From positions 5,277-69,276 of the forward strand of contig NIVC01001760.1 in the NCBI GenBank assembly GCA_002269645.1: a stretch of DNA of 64,000 nucleotides, in the 5' to 3' direction. Positions 49,097 through 58,470 of the stretch are shown here, in pieces. The position numbers and the translations under genes are program-made. The stretch's first letter is position 1. The number at the start of each line of letters is the position of its first letter. Below the pieces are notes generated by a model. That model did no database searches. It was not told where the DNA came from and worked only from the letters and a program-made list of their open reading frames with translations. The DNA comes from Macrostomum lignano (Eukaryota).

Positions 49097-52000
49097 AGTC
49101 TCCCAGGAGCGAGGAACCGGGGTTGCTCACTAACTCTGTAAATAAATCCAAGTGCGTCTCTGGTGATGGGAATTCAAAGAGCAACCTGGTTCATGAGGCG
49201 TGTTCGTCGGTATCAACGGAGCCTCTGACAGTTTTTATTTCCGGTGCGGTTTCCGGCAAGCCAGTGGCTCTGCTGTTAGACAGTGGTGCGAGTGTGTCAG
49301 TGCTGAGCTGTGATGTTTTCCTGAGGCTGCCGCAAGAGGTGAGGGAGAGACTGACTGCAATGGACGGTTCCCTTTCAACGGCCAATGGAGGTGCGATGAG
49401 GATGAGAGGCTGCATTGTGCTGGACGTGGAGATTGGCGGCGAGCGGTGGTCAGCGAATTTCTTCGTAGTGGACGGATTACGTTATGATGTCATTCTCGGG
49501 TCCGAATTTTTCAAACAGCATCGTTGCGTCATCAACTATTCAGAGTTTGTCTTTCGAGTGGGCGATGTTAGAGTTCCGATACGGCAGAAAGGCGAGCTGC
49601 CCGTGGTGTGTCGAATCAAAGCCGAGACAACGGTATTTCTGGAACCGGCGCAAGAAGTGATCATGCCAGCCAGGGTAGAGAAAAAGGGCGCAAGAAACTG
49701 CGGATCGGTCGGCATAACGGAAGAAAAGCCGGTGAAGGCCGCTGAGAAGGATTTGGCGCTGGCTCGAGCTCTGGTAGCGCCCGGCGTGGATGGACGGCTG
49801 CCGATGAGATTGCTGAATACGTCCAGTTGTAGGAAGAGGGTCAAGAAAGGAGAGACGATTGGCTGGTTTATTCCTTTGGAACCGAACGGAGGTATCAACG
49901 TGGTGCGCTTGGACGACGACGTAGAGGCCAAGAATGAAGCGGAGGCATGGGACCCGATCGAAGAATTCCGCGAGTGGGGTTCGTGTGGCCTGTCGGAGGA
50001 GGAGGAAGCCGACTTCAGGGAGCTGATTTCCCAACATCGGGCTGTCTTTGCTAAGGACTCCAAGGATCTCGGCGGTACGACGGTGATGAAGCACGAGATC
50101 GACACTGGAGATGCCAGGCCTGTGAAAGAGGCGGCGAGGCGGATTCCCCCTTACCTGCGGCAGGAAGTGGACAAGGAGTTGGATGACTTGCTGGAAGCTG
50201 GGAGAATCAGCGAGGTTCAGTCCCCATGGTGCTCTCCGGTGGTGTGCGTGAAAAAGAAGGACGGTTCCCTGAGGTTCTGTTGTGACTACCGGAAACTGAA
50301 TGAAGTGACCAAGAAGGATGCAGTGCCGTTGCCCAGGACAGATGACCTGTTGGAGAGCCTAGGCGGTGCCAAGATTTTTTCGACCATGGACATGCAGTCG
50401 GGATACTGGCAGATGGCGGTGGAACCCAGCGACAGACTGAAGACGGCCTTTGGCGTTTCACACCGGGTACAGCAGTACGCCTGGAACGTTATGCCATTTG
50501 GATTGACAAATGCACCGGCTTCATTCAGCCGGCTAATGAATGTGGTGTTGGGGAAGTTGTGCTGGAAGACGTGTTTGGTGTATCTGGACGACCTGCTAGT
50601 GTGGTCACGAACGGTAGAAGAGCACCTGGAACGGTTGCAAACGGTTTTTCGACGGTTGCGAGCAGCGAACATCAAACTGAAGCCGAAGAAGTGCGCATTC
50701 CTGCTGAAGTCAGTGACCTTCCTGGGACACGTAGTGTCAGCTGATGGGATCGCCACGAGTCCAGAAAAGATTGCCGAAATTCGTGACTGGCCAACTCCGA
50801 GGAATGTGAAGGAAGTAAGGTCATTCCTGGGACTGTGCGGGTATTACCGGCAATTCATCGCAGATTTTTCCCGCATTGCTGAGCCGATGCTGCGACGGAC
50901 CCGACATGATTGCCCGTGGAGCTGGGATGAGGAGTGTCAAGCCGCATTCGAGGCCCTGAAGGAAAGGTTGCAGGGATCTGAGGTCATGGCGTTTCCAAAC
51001 TTTGCGGAGGACGCTGGAGAATTCGTTTTAGACACAGACGGTAGCACAAAAGAAGGAATTGGCGCTGTGCTTTCGCAGGTGCAGAAAGATGGGAGTGAGA
51101 AGGTAATAGCTTACGGAAGCAGGACGTTGTCGCGAGAAGAACGGAATTACTGCACGACACGAGTCGAGTTGCTGGCCGTGGTGTTTTTCGTACAGAAGTT
51201 TCGTTATTACCTGATGGGGCGAGAGTTTCTAGTGCGCACCGATCACAGCAGCTTGAAGTGGCTGCATTCGCTGCGGGACGTAGAAGGACAACTGGCCAGA
51301 TGGCTGGAACTCTTGGCTCCGTACAGGTATCGCATCGAACATCGTCCGGGAGTGAAACATCAACACGCGGACGCTCTCTCCAGGAAGCCACGTCGGCGCC
51401 ATCAAGGAAGCGAGAGTTGTCCTGGATGTGCACAAGAGCAGATCGGCGTGAACGCGTTGGGATTGCAGAAGTGGACCTCGGAGGAGATCAGAGAGAGCCA
51501 GAAGATGGACAGCGACATTCGTCAGGCGATGGAGCTGCTGGCTCACAGCGACGGAGAGATAACCGAAGAGCATTTGCGGCGCATATCACCGACGGCAAGG
51601 AGGATTGTCGAAAGACGTCGTGACCTTGAGGTGTCGGACAGTGAGGTGTTGCTGTGTCATACGGCCAGTAGACGTCAGCCGCAAGTGGTGTTGCCACGGA
51701 ATATGCTGAGAGCGGTGCTGGAAGAAGCTCATGGTGGACGGAGTGGAGGGCACGTTGGGATTTTCAAGACCAAGGAGAAGGTGCGGCAATCGTTTTGGTG
51801 GCCGGGACTTGGCCGCGAGGTCGAAGAGCACGTAAAAGCCTGTTTGGACTGCACCAAGGCCAAAGCTGGCAAGAAACCAATTGCACCGATGGAGCCGATT
51901 CCGAGTTCAAGCCCATTCGATATCGTGATGACGGACGTCATCGGGCCGCTGCCACGGAGCAAGAAAGGAAACTTCTACATCCTCACGGTGCAAGATGCGT

Positions 52001-53238
52001 TCTCAAAGTGGCCTGACGCTTATGCCATCCGGAACCAGAAGTCGGCAACGATCGCAAGGGTGCTATTCGAACGCTGGATTGCCAATCACGGGTGCCCCCG
52101 GGTACTTCACTCAGACCAAGGAAGGAACTTTGAGTCGGGGATCGTCAGGAAGCTGTGCGAGCTGTTGGGTGTGAAGAAGACCAGGACGAGCGCCTACCAC
52201 CCGAGTGGCAACGGACAGGTGGAACGATTTAACGGGTTCCTGAAGAACAGTTTGCGCACGTATCTGGTACAGAAGGGTCAGAACGCCTGGGAGGAGTACC
52301 TGCCAAGTGCCTTGATGGCTTATCGATCGACGGTCCAGGCGTCCACCGGTTACACGCCCTACTACATGCTGCATGGTCAGGAGATGCCGCTGGGATTCGA
52401 ACCAGAGGACCTTAGGCGAAAGACGGACAGCTATCCCTTGTTTGTGCAAGAGATCCAGCAGAACCTGCTTCATGCCCATGAACGCATTCGAGAAGGACGC
52501 GAGACGGTTCAGCGACGGCAGAAAATGAATTACGATCGGAAAGTAAAGGGCAAAGCGATTCAGAAGGGCGACTCTGTCTTGCTGTACTATCCGTGCTTGG
52601 AGATGGGAGAGAAAAGCAAGTTCCATATCAACTGGCGCGGCCCAGTGAAGGTCCTGGAGAAGCTGTCAGATGCGTTGTACCGAGTGCAGGATCCGACACA
52701 GCCGCAGAAGACCAAGGTGGTGCACTTCAACAATCTCCGGCCGGTTCAGGGCCAGACGGAGGCGGCAGACGGTCAAGAGACTAGAGAGGAAATTGGGAGG
52801 GCCAGTTCGGGAAAAACCAGGCCGCGACGTGATAATTCCACTGCTGGACGAAGCCGAAGGCAGAGAGTGCAACGGGGCGAGACCCAGAGGTGGACCGCAG
52901 CGCGAGGGCCGCAGGACCAGGAATCCGAGCAGGAAGATGAAGAGTTTGAAGATCTTCAGCTGCGGTTTCAAGATCCAAGAGATCACGCTCCACCGGACAC
53001 CCGAAATCTGGCCGAAGACTGTGAGCCCGGACCTGAGCGTCGAGAAGCAGACGATGACGAAGAAGAGCACGACGATGAGTCGCGGTACGACGAGGAGCAG
53101 GACGAAGAGGATGAGGCAGAGCCGAACGACGCCAACGTACCCGAGCAGGAAGTGAGGACGGCACAGGAGGAAGCAGGGCGACCAAGACGTCTGCGGCGAC
53201 CGCCAGATCGGTTTGGGGTCCCGGTGTACTACTACTGA
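49030..53238 (+). CDS. E2 pol (PR-RT-RH-INT), -1 frame relative to gag
   Basis: LLDSGAS protease; RT YLDD; RH LDTDGS/TRVELLAVV/TDH; INT HHCC, DVIGP, SDQG, ERFN and NWRGP; uninterrupted 1402-codon ORF. Confidence 0.98.
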   Translation: MSEVGKRAEGTDRGESGPCQEVKSPRSEEPGLLTNSVNKSKCVSGDGNSKSNLVHEACSSVSTEPLTVFISGAVSGKPVALLLDSGASVSVLSCDVFLRLPQEVRERLTAMDGSLSTANGGAMRMRGCIVLDVEIGGERWSANFFVVDGLRYDVILGSEFFKQHRCVINYSEFVFRVGDVRVPIRQKGELPVVCRIKAETTVFLEPAQEVIMPARVEKKGARNCGSVGITEEKPVKAAEKDLALARALVAPGVDGRLPMRLLNTSSCRKRVKKGETIGWFIPLEPNGGINVVRLDDDVEAKNEAEAWDPIEEFREWGSCGLSEEEEADFRELISQHRAVFAKDSKDLGGTTVMKHEIDTGDARPVKEAARRIPPYLRQEVDKELDDLLEAGRISEVQSPWCSPVVCVKKKDGSLRFCCDYRKLNEVTKKDAVPLPRTDDLLESLGGAKIFSTMDMQSGYWQMAVEPSDRLKTAFGVSHRVQQYAWNVMPFGLTNAPASFSRLMNVVLGKLCWKTCLVYLDDLLVWSRTVEEHLERLQTVFRRLRAANIKLKPKKCAFLLKSVTFLGHVVSADGIATSPEKIAEIRDWPTPRNVKEVRSFLGLCGYYRQFIADFSRIAEPMLRRTRHDCPWSWDEECQAAFEALKERLQGSEVMAFPNFAEDAGEFVLDTDGSTKEGIGAVLSQVQKDGSEKVIAYGSRTLSREERNYCTTRVELLAVVFFVQKFRYYLMGREFLVRTDHSSLKWLHSLRDVEGQLARWLELLAPYRYRIEHRPGVKHQHADALSRKPRRRHQGSESCPGCAQEQIGVNALGLQKWTSEEIRESQKMDSDIRQAMELLAHSDGEITEEHLRRISPTARRIVERRRDLEVSDSEVLLCHTASRRQPQVVLPRNMLRAVLEEAHGGRSGGHVGIFKTKEKVRQSFWWPGLGREVEEHVKACLDCTKAKAGKKPIAPMEPIPSSSPFDIVMTDVIGPLPRSKKGNFYILTVQDAFSKWPDAYAIRNQKSATIARVLFERWIANHGCPRVLHSDQGRNFESGIVRKLCELLGVKKTRTSAYHPSGNGQVERFNGFLKNSLRTYLVQKGQNAWEEYLPSALMAYRSTVQASTGYTPYYMLHGQEMPLGFEPEDLRRKTDSYPLFVQEIQQNLLHAHERIREGRETVQRRQKMNYDRKVKGKAIQKGDSVLLYYPCLEMGEKSKFHINWRGPVKVLEKLSDALYRVQDPTQPQKTKVVHFNNLRPVQGQTEAADGQETREEIGRASSGKTRPRRDNSTAGRSRRQRVQRGETQRWTAARGPQDQESEQEDEEFEDLQLRFQDPRDHAPPDTRNLAEDCEPGPERREADDDEEEHDDESRYDEEQDEEDEAEPNDANVPEQEVRTAQEEAGRPRRLRRPPDRFGVPVYYY
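49042..49048 (+). promoter_or_regulatory. Putative -1 ribosomal frameshift heptamer G GGA AAC
   Basis: X XXY YYZ in gag frame at the start of the gag/pol overlap, followed by a possible hairpin (CCGAC..GTCGG); same heptamer in E1 at 21942-21936 (-). Confidence 0.75.
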
Positions 53239-53337
53239 AGAAGGGTCCGGTGTACGGCGCTTGGATAGCCAAAGGGGAAGGGAGGTACATGTCGTGCGTG
53301 TCTCATTGCTCATCGGAGTTAGGCCGGACTGTTACAG

Positions 53338-54323
53338 ATGGCGGACCTCTACGAGTGTCTTGGAGTGCAGCTGTGGGCGTCTGCGGCACAGATTCGGAAA
53401 GCGTTCTACGGTCGAGCACGCGAACTGCACCCTGACAAGAGCGCAACAGAGGAGACGCGAAGAGATTCCAGGAGTGCGAAGAGGCGTACCGAATACTGTC
53501 GTGTCCGTTCCTTAGAAAGCTGTACGATATCTTTGGAAATGCTGTTCGTGACCGGGATGAGATGCTTCGGCTCGCAGAAGGGATGTTAGAGGATGAAGAC
53601 ATGCCCGACGATCTCCGAGAAGAGATAGAAAGACTACAAGAGAGCGACCGATTAGCTGAGGAGGCGTACGAGAGAGAACAGGCGAGGAGGGATGAGGAGC
53701 ACGTCAAGATGGAGGCAAGTGAGGAGGCCTCAGACGATGAGCAGGACGAAGAGATGAACGAGGCGAGTGAGACACTGCCGGAGGAGTACGAGGTCGAGAA
53801 GGTCTTAGGAGTACGAGTCACGGAGCGAGGAGCGGAGTATCTGCTGCAGTGGGCCGGTGTAGAGGAGCTTGAGACGTCATGGGAAGCGGAGGAAGATTGT
53901 GCCGGATGTAGAAACCTGATTGAAGAATATCTGCAGAGAGCGTACCGGCTTCAGACAAGACCGTGCCGACCAGTGACCGTCGCGGAACTGGAGAACGTAG
54001 GACCCAGTCGGAAGAAACTGCACCAGGCAATGCGGAAGGGCGACCCGTGGGGCATCTTTGAGGTGCTGCTAGCCCTGAAGGGGAAGTGCGCCACTGCCTT
54101 GGTGGATTTCAAGGAATTCGGTCCGGAGTTGATGCTGCAAATCCTGGGCTACTTGGAGCGAGACGGTCGCAAGTATCCGGGGCACGGAGTTCGTCGGTGG
54201 AGTCGCCAAGCGTGTCAAGCTGTCTACATGTCGGTGATGGTGGTGTTCCCGCTGTTCGACCTGCGACGCCAGGGTTTGGTCCTGGGTGCCCTCCGTAGGC
54301 TGTGGGATTCGTGCTCTGACTGA
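53338..54323 (+). CDS. E2 ORF3: J-domain (HPD), acidic linker, chromodomain and uncharacterised helical domain; ~328 aa if a 1-nt deletion near 53457 is corrected
   Basis: MADLYECLGVQLWASAAQIRKAFYGRARELHPDKSATEET[A]KRFQECEEAYRILSCPFLRKLYDIFG; EEYEVEKVLGVRVTERGAEYLLQWAGVEELETSWEAEEDCAGCRNLIEEYL (53781-53937); joins track ORFs 53338-53589 and 53562-54323. Confidence 0.88.
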
Positions 54324-54885
54324 GGCTATGTCTTCCTAGGGACTTTGGGGCTAGGGACTTTGCAGTGCAGACCCAGGGACAGCGGAGCGGAGGTGGACCG
54401 GCCTTAACGGGTGCTGACGGAGCGACGCGGCTGTGCAGCAACCGCAGGACTCGACGACCAGCGCAGAGCGACCAGAGCAACCGGCGACAGTAGCGACAGG
54501 GAGACGAGGCACCAGAGCGACGGCCGTACTCGGCGGGATGCAGGGAAGCAGTGCTAGTATTACTTGTGAGGGTAAATGTTTGACGGTTTCATTTTTTTGT
54601 TTTTTGTGAACATTTAGCGTTTTTTTCGAACTTCAGCGTTTTTGTTAAAGTGAGTTTTTCCCAAAATTTGCGTATTGCTTCCCAATGATGCGTACTCACT
54701 ATCCTATGTTTGAAGGTTTCTTCGTCATTTTTAAACGGTATAATCACTGCGGTTTTGTTTTTTGTTCGAACTAGTTGCCATGCGAGTCCAAAATATTTTT
54801 CAAATGCGGTTTGTTCCTCTGTTCAATTTTTTTGTTATAGTAGCATCATTTCAATATTCGACTTTTCGAACTCGAACTTTTGTCT

Positions 54886-54897
54886 AGGGGACGGGAG
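54886..54897 (+). promoter_or_regulatory. E2 polypurine tract
   Basis: AGGGGACGGGAG immediately before the 3' LTR. Confidence 0.85.
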
Positions 54898-55733
54898 TGT
54901 CATGAATGTGTTATTATGACTGTGTGTACTTTGCTACTTTGCTACGCCGGGCCAGTCGGCCGTCCTCTCCCCCCTCCTTAGATATTTTCTGACTCACCCA
55001 CCTGCACTTCTGCGCGTGCGTACCCCTCCCCTCCCTGCCTAGACCTTTTCTGTTGAGTCAAACCCCCCCCCCATGCTCTGCGTGCGACCCCCCCCCTGTG
55101 CGACCCCGCCCCATTATTTTGTTAGCTTTGCTGCCCCGCCCCTGTTTGTGATTGGCTGCCAGTCCCAGTCTGCCGTGCTGCGCCCCGGCGATTGGCTGGT
55201 ACAGCTCATGCGTTGCCTTGGCTGATGTCTAAGCCCCCTTTTCTGCCTTTATCCCGCGCCCTCGACCCCCAGTTTGCTGCCTATTTATTCGGCCCCCTTG
55301 AGACCCCATTCTCGTCGTCTTCGTGGCTCCTCGGCGATTGTGCCAGCGTTGGTTGCTGAATTGCTATTCCTCGCAGAATTGCTAGACAAATATATAAGTA
55401 AAGAATATCGAGATCACCACTGCTCTGACGGCGCTGTTTCTTGTACGACTGAAATCGCGGCTGGTAAGCCTTCCAATTTGTACGTCATTTGGGTCTGCAT
55501 CTGTACTAGGCACCTTAGAGGGATTAAGTGCGTCGTACGCCGGTCCCACCCCAAGCAGCTCTGCGTCGTACGCGAGTCTGTAGGCTGTCGTGCGTCGTAC
55601 GCTCGAGCAGCCTAGTCCCGACGGACACCGCGTCGTACGCGTGTCAGTGGAGGACCGCAGCCAGGGTCAGTACACGAACCCGGGTCTGGGAAAGGGGCAC
55701 GAAAGGACCGAGCCCTTGAGCCCCATCATCACA
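54898..55733 (+). repeat. E2 3' LTR (836 bp)
   Basis: Copy of 47079-47911. Confidence 0.97.
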
Positions 55734-55855
55734 GGAGTACCAGGGGTGACAGGGCTACCAGGGGTGACAGGAGTACCAGGGGTGACAGGAGTAACAGGGG
55801 TGACAGGAGTACCAGGGGTGACAGGAGTACCAGGGATGACAGGGCTACCAGAGGT
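55734..55855. repeat. 18-bp minisatellite, right part
   Basis: Same unit as 46428-47078, resuming in phase after the TSD. Confidence 0.95.
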
Positions 55856-56429
55856 GTCAATGGCGTCGGGACTGTCGGATCAAAAAAAGGAAGAAATCCC
55901 AATTAAACTCGATCTTTGAAAGCTGACTCCACTACTGTCTCAATTGTACTGTGCCGACTGGGCCATGGTAGCGAAAGGTGACGCCCTCTGGGCTCTATTG
56001 GTCGTGCAACTTCATGTTTACACTTAAAGACAATGCTAATATTCAAACGCGCCGCCTCTGCCGCCTCCGTCGCCGCCACCGAGTCGCCGCGAAGAAACAG
56101 GGAAAAAAGAAACTTAAAAAAAGAGACTTTGAGTGAAAACGATCTATACTGAACCAATTTGACACCTTCCAAGTCTTCAGTTGCGCAAAGGTTTTTGTCT
56201 TGTCGAAACGCACTCGGTTAACACCTCACTGCTGACCAGTTCTGTGTGCAATGTGTATGCAAATTGATCATTAGAAGTGGATTGAGTATCAGAAGTAGCG
56301 AGAGCATGCAAGGTGATGATTGCAAGCACGACATGTCGGAGCCATGATTTTTTATTGAAGCAGTCGCGAGCGCTATAGGAGAGGGGAAGAGTGGGGTGCC
56401 AGCAGAAGATGTCAGACAAGGTACCGTAA

Positions 56430-56885
56430 AGGAGGCACCAGCAAGGATGTCAGAGGGGGCACCAGCTAGCATGTCAGAGGAGACACCAGCAAGGATGTCA
56501 GAGGAGGCACCAGCAAGGATGTCAGAGGAGGCACCAGCTAGGATCTCAGAGGAGGCGCTAGCTAGGATGTCAGAGGAGGCGCTAGCTAGGATCTCAGAGG
56601 GAGCGCTAGCTAGAATGTCAGAGGGAGCGCTAGCTAGGATGTCAGAGGAGGCACCAGCTAGCATGTCAGAGGGAGCGCTAGCTAGGATGTCAGAGGAGGC
56701 ACCAGCTAGGATGTCAGAGGGAGCGCTAGCTAGGATGTCAGAGGAGGCACCAGCTAGCATGTCAGAGGGAGCGCTAGCTAGGATGTCAGAGGGAGCGCTA
56801 GCTAGGATGTCAGAGGGAGCGCTAGCTAGCATGTCAGAGGAGGCGCTAGCTAGGATGTCAGAGGAGGCGCCAGCTAGCATGTCAG
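56430..56885. repeat. 24-bp minisatellite (GCTAGGATGTCAGAGGAGGCACCA-type)
   Basis: About 19 variant units. Confidence 0.92.
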
Positions 56886-57989
56886 AGAAATCTCCATTAG
56901 AGACGGCCACTGCGTCAAAGCATCGAGTCCGATTGCTAACTGTTTTGCCTGCTATTTTCAAGCAGAAATTCAAAGCAACAACAGTCAAAAGAGAGGCAGC
57001 CGCCCCGCATCAATAAAACATTGATTAGCTTAGCTTAGCATCTGAGAAGACTCAACAAACAGAATAATTCTTGTCCCTACTAGTTTTTGCGCGGCTCTTT
57101 TTTGAGGAGAAGCGGGCCGCGGAGACAGCGCGCAGCAGTTCCCGTCGGCGTCGCAGTGGGGGAAAGCGGGCGGGCGGTGGGAGCGGCTGCCACATGCGCC
57201 CCCCCCGCTCCCCCAATGAGACTCGCCCCGCGCAGCAATGCAGGCAGGCAAAGCAGGAAAAAAGTGAAGACTGAAGGAGAGATTTTGAAAGAAATTTTCC
57301 AGACTTCTCTGGAGAGAATTATTTCTTGAGCAGTTTTCTCTCTCCTAATATTAGTCATTTCCCGCCAATTCTCATTTTCGTGGCTTTCGCGATTGCTTAG
57401 AAGAGCTGCCTGCAGCACTCAGTCTTCCCTTCTCAAGCTGGGGAAAGAAATAAAAACTGTTGAGTTAATTTCTTTCAGCAACACACATCCCAGATCCCCA
57501 CCTGCAATTTCCTGCGCCCCGTGGCAGTGGCAACAGAGTAATGCAGGCTGCTGCAGCGCTCTCTCAGCTCAGGCTATCAAAATTCTCGCAATCCCGAAAA
57601 CCGGGAAAAGCAATGAAAAACACTAGCGGAGTGCAGCGATGGTGTTTGGGGAGATTTTTCCCCAAATTGGCAATTCTCCCAGGGCTCTCCTATAGCCCTG
57701 CCAGAGCACTCAGCTGTCAGGCAGCCGCAGTTCTGCCCACAGATCAAAGAGGAGTTAAAAAACCCGGCAGAATGCATCCAATTAACCTGCTCCCTCTTAT
57801 ACCACAAAATGCCCATGCCGCATATTTGACAAGCGGGGCAATGCAGTCTACACTGTTTGAGTCTAATTGCATGGAAAGACTGTGGAGGGTGCCAAAAACG
57901 AATGAAATATTTCCCAATTAAGCTGTGAAGCAGTTATTTTGCAGAGGAGTAACTGCTAAATAACCTGCATAAACTCATCAAGGCTCAGC

Positions 57990-58470
57990 TTCTACTAACA
58001 GCTTCACAGGCTCTACCAACAGCTTCACAGGCTCTACCAACAGATTTACAGGCTTTACCAACAGATTTACAGGCTCTACCAACAGCTTTACAGGCTTTAC
58101 CAACAGCTTTACAGGCTCTACCAACAGCTTTACAGGCTTTACCAACAGCTTTACAGGCTTTACCAACAGATTTACAGGCTCTACCAACAGCTTTACAGGC
58201 TTTACCAACAGCTTTACAGGCTCTACCAACAGCTTTACAGGCTTTACCAACAGCTTTACAGGCTTTACCAACAGATTTACAGGCTTTACCAACAGATTTA
58301 CAGGCTTTACCAACAGATTTACAGGCTTTACCGACAGATTTACAGGCTTTACCGACAGATTTACAGGCTTTACCAACAGATTCACAGGCTCTACCAAAAG
58401 CTTCACAGGCTCTACCAACAGCTTTACAGGCTCTACCAACAGATTCACAGGCTCTACCAACAGCTTCACA
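57990..58470. repeat. 21-bp minisatellite (ACAGGCTTTACCAACAGCTTT)n
   Basis: About 22 variant units. Confidence 0.93.

Larger units (their letters stand above)
47079..55733 (+). mobile_element. Complete Ty3/Gypsy LTR retrotransposon E2 (8655 bp) with J-domain/chromodomain ORF3
   Basis: Paired LTRs TGTCATGA..TCATCACA, 4-bp TSD GGAG (47075-47078 / 55734-55737), PBS, PPT, intact gag and pol. Confidence 0.98.

Noticed and set aside
53450-53465. Programmed frameshift within ORF3 (also 17435-17438 in E1)
   Set aside because: No slippery heptamer. Both breaks are fixed by one extra G, like the breaks near 21533 and 63177 and the LTR poly-C differences, pointing to homopolymer consensus errors; needs read check.
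52111-53821. Antisense ORFs over E1/E2 pol and PRDM1 exons
   Set aside because: Expected shadow ORFs of GC-rich coding sequence.
53338-54323. ORF3 as an env gene or as an integrase-fused chromovirus chromodomain
   Set aside because: No signal peptide, furin site or TM helix seen; pol terminates at 53238 and the chromodomain lies in a separate ORF.
56396-57016. 206-aa EEAPARMS-repeat ORF
   Set aside because: 24-bp minisatellite with non-distinctive flanks; no support for coding.
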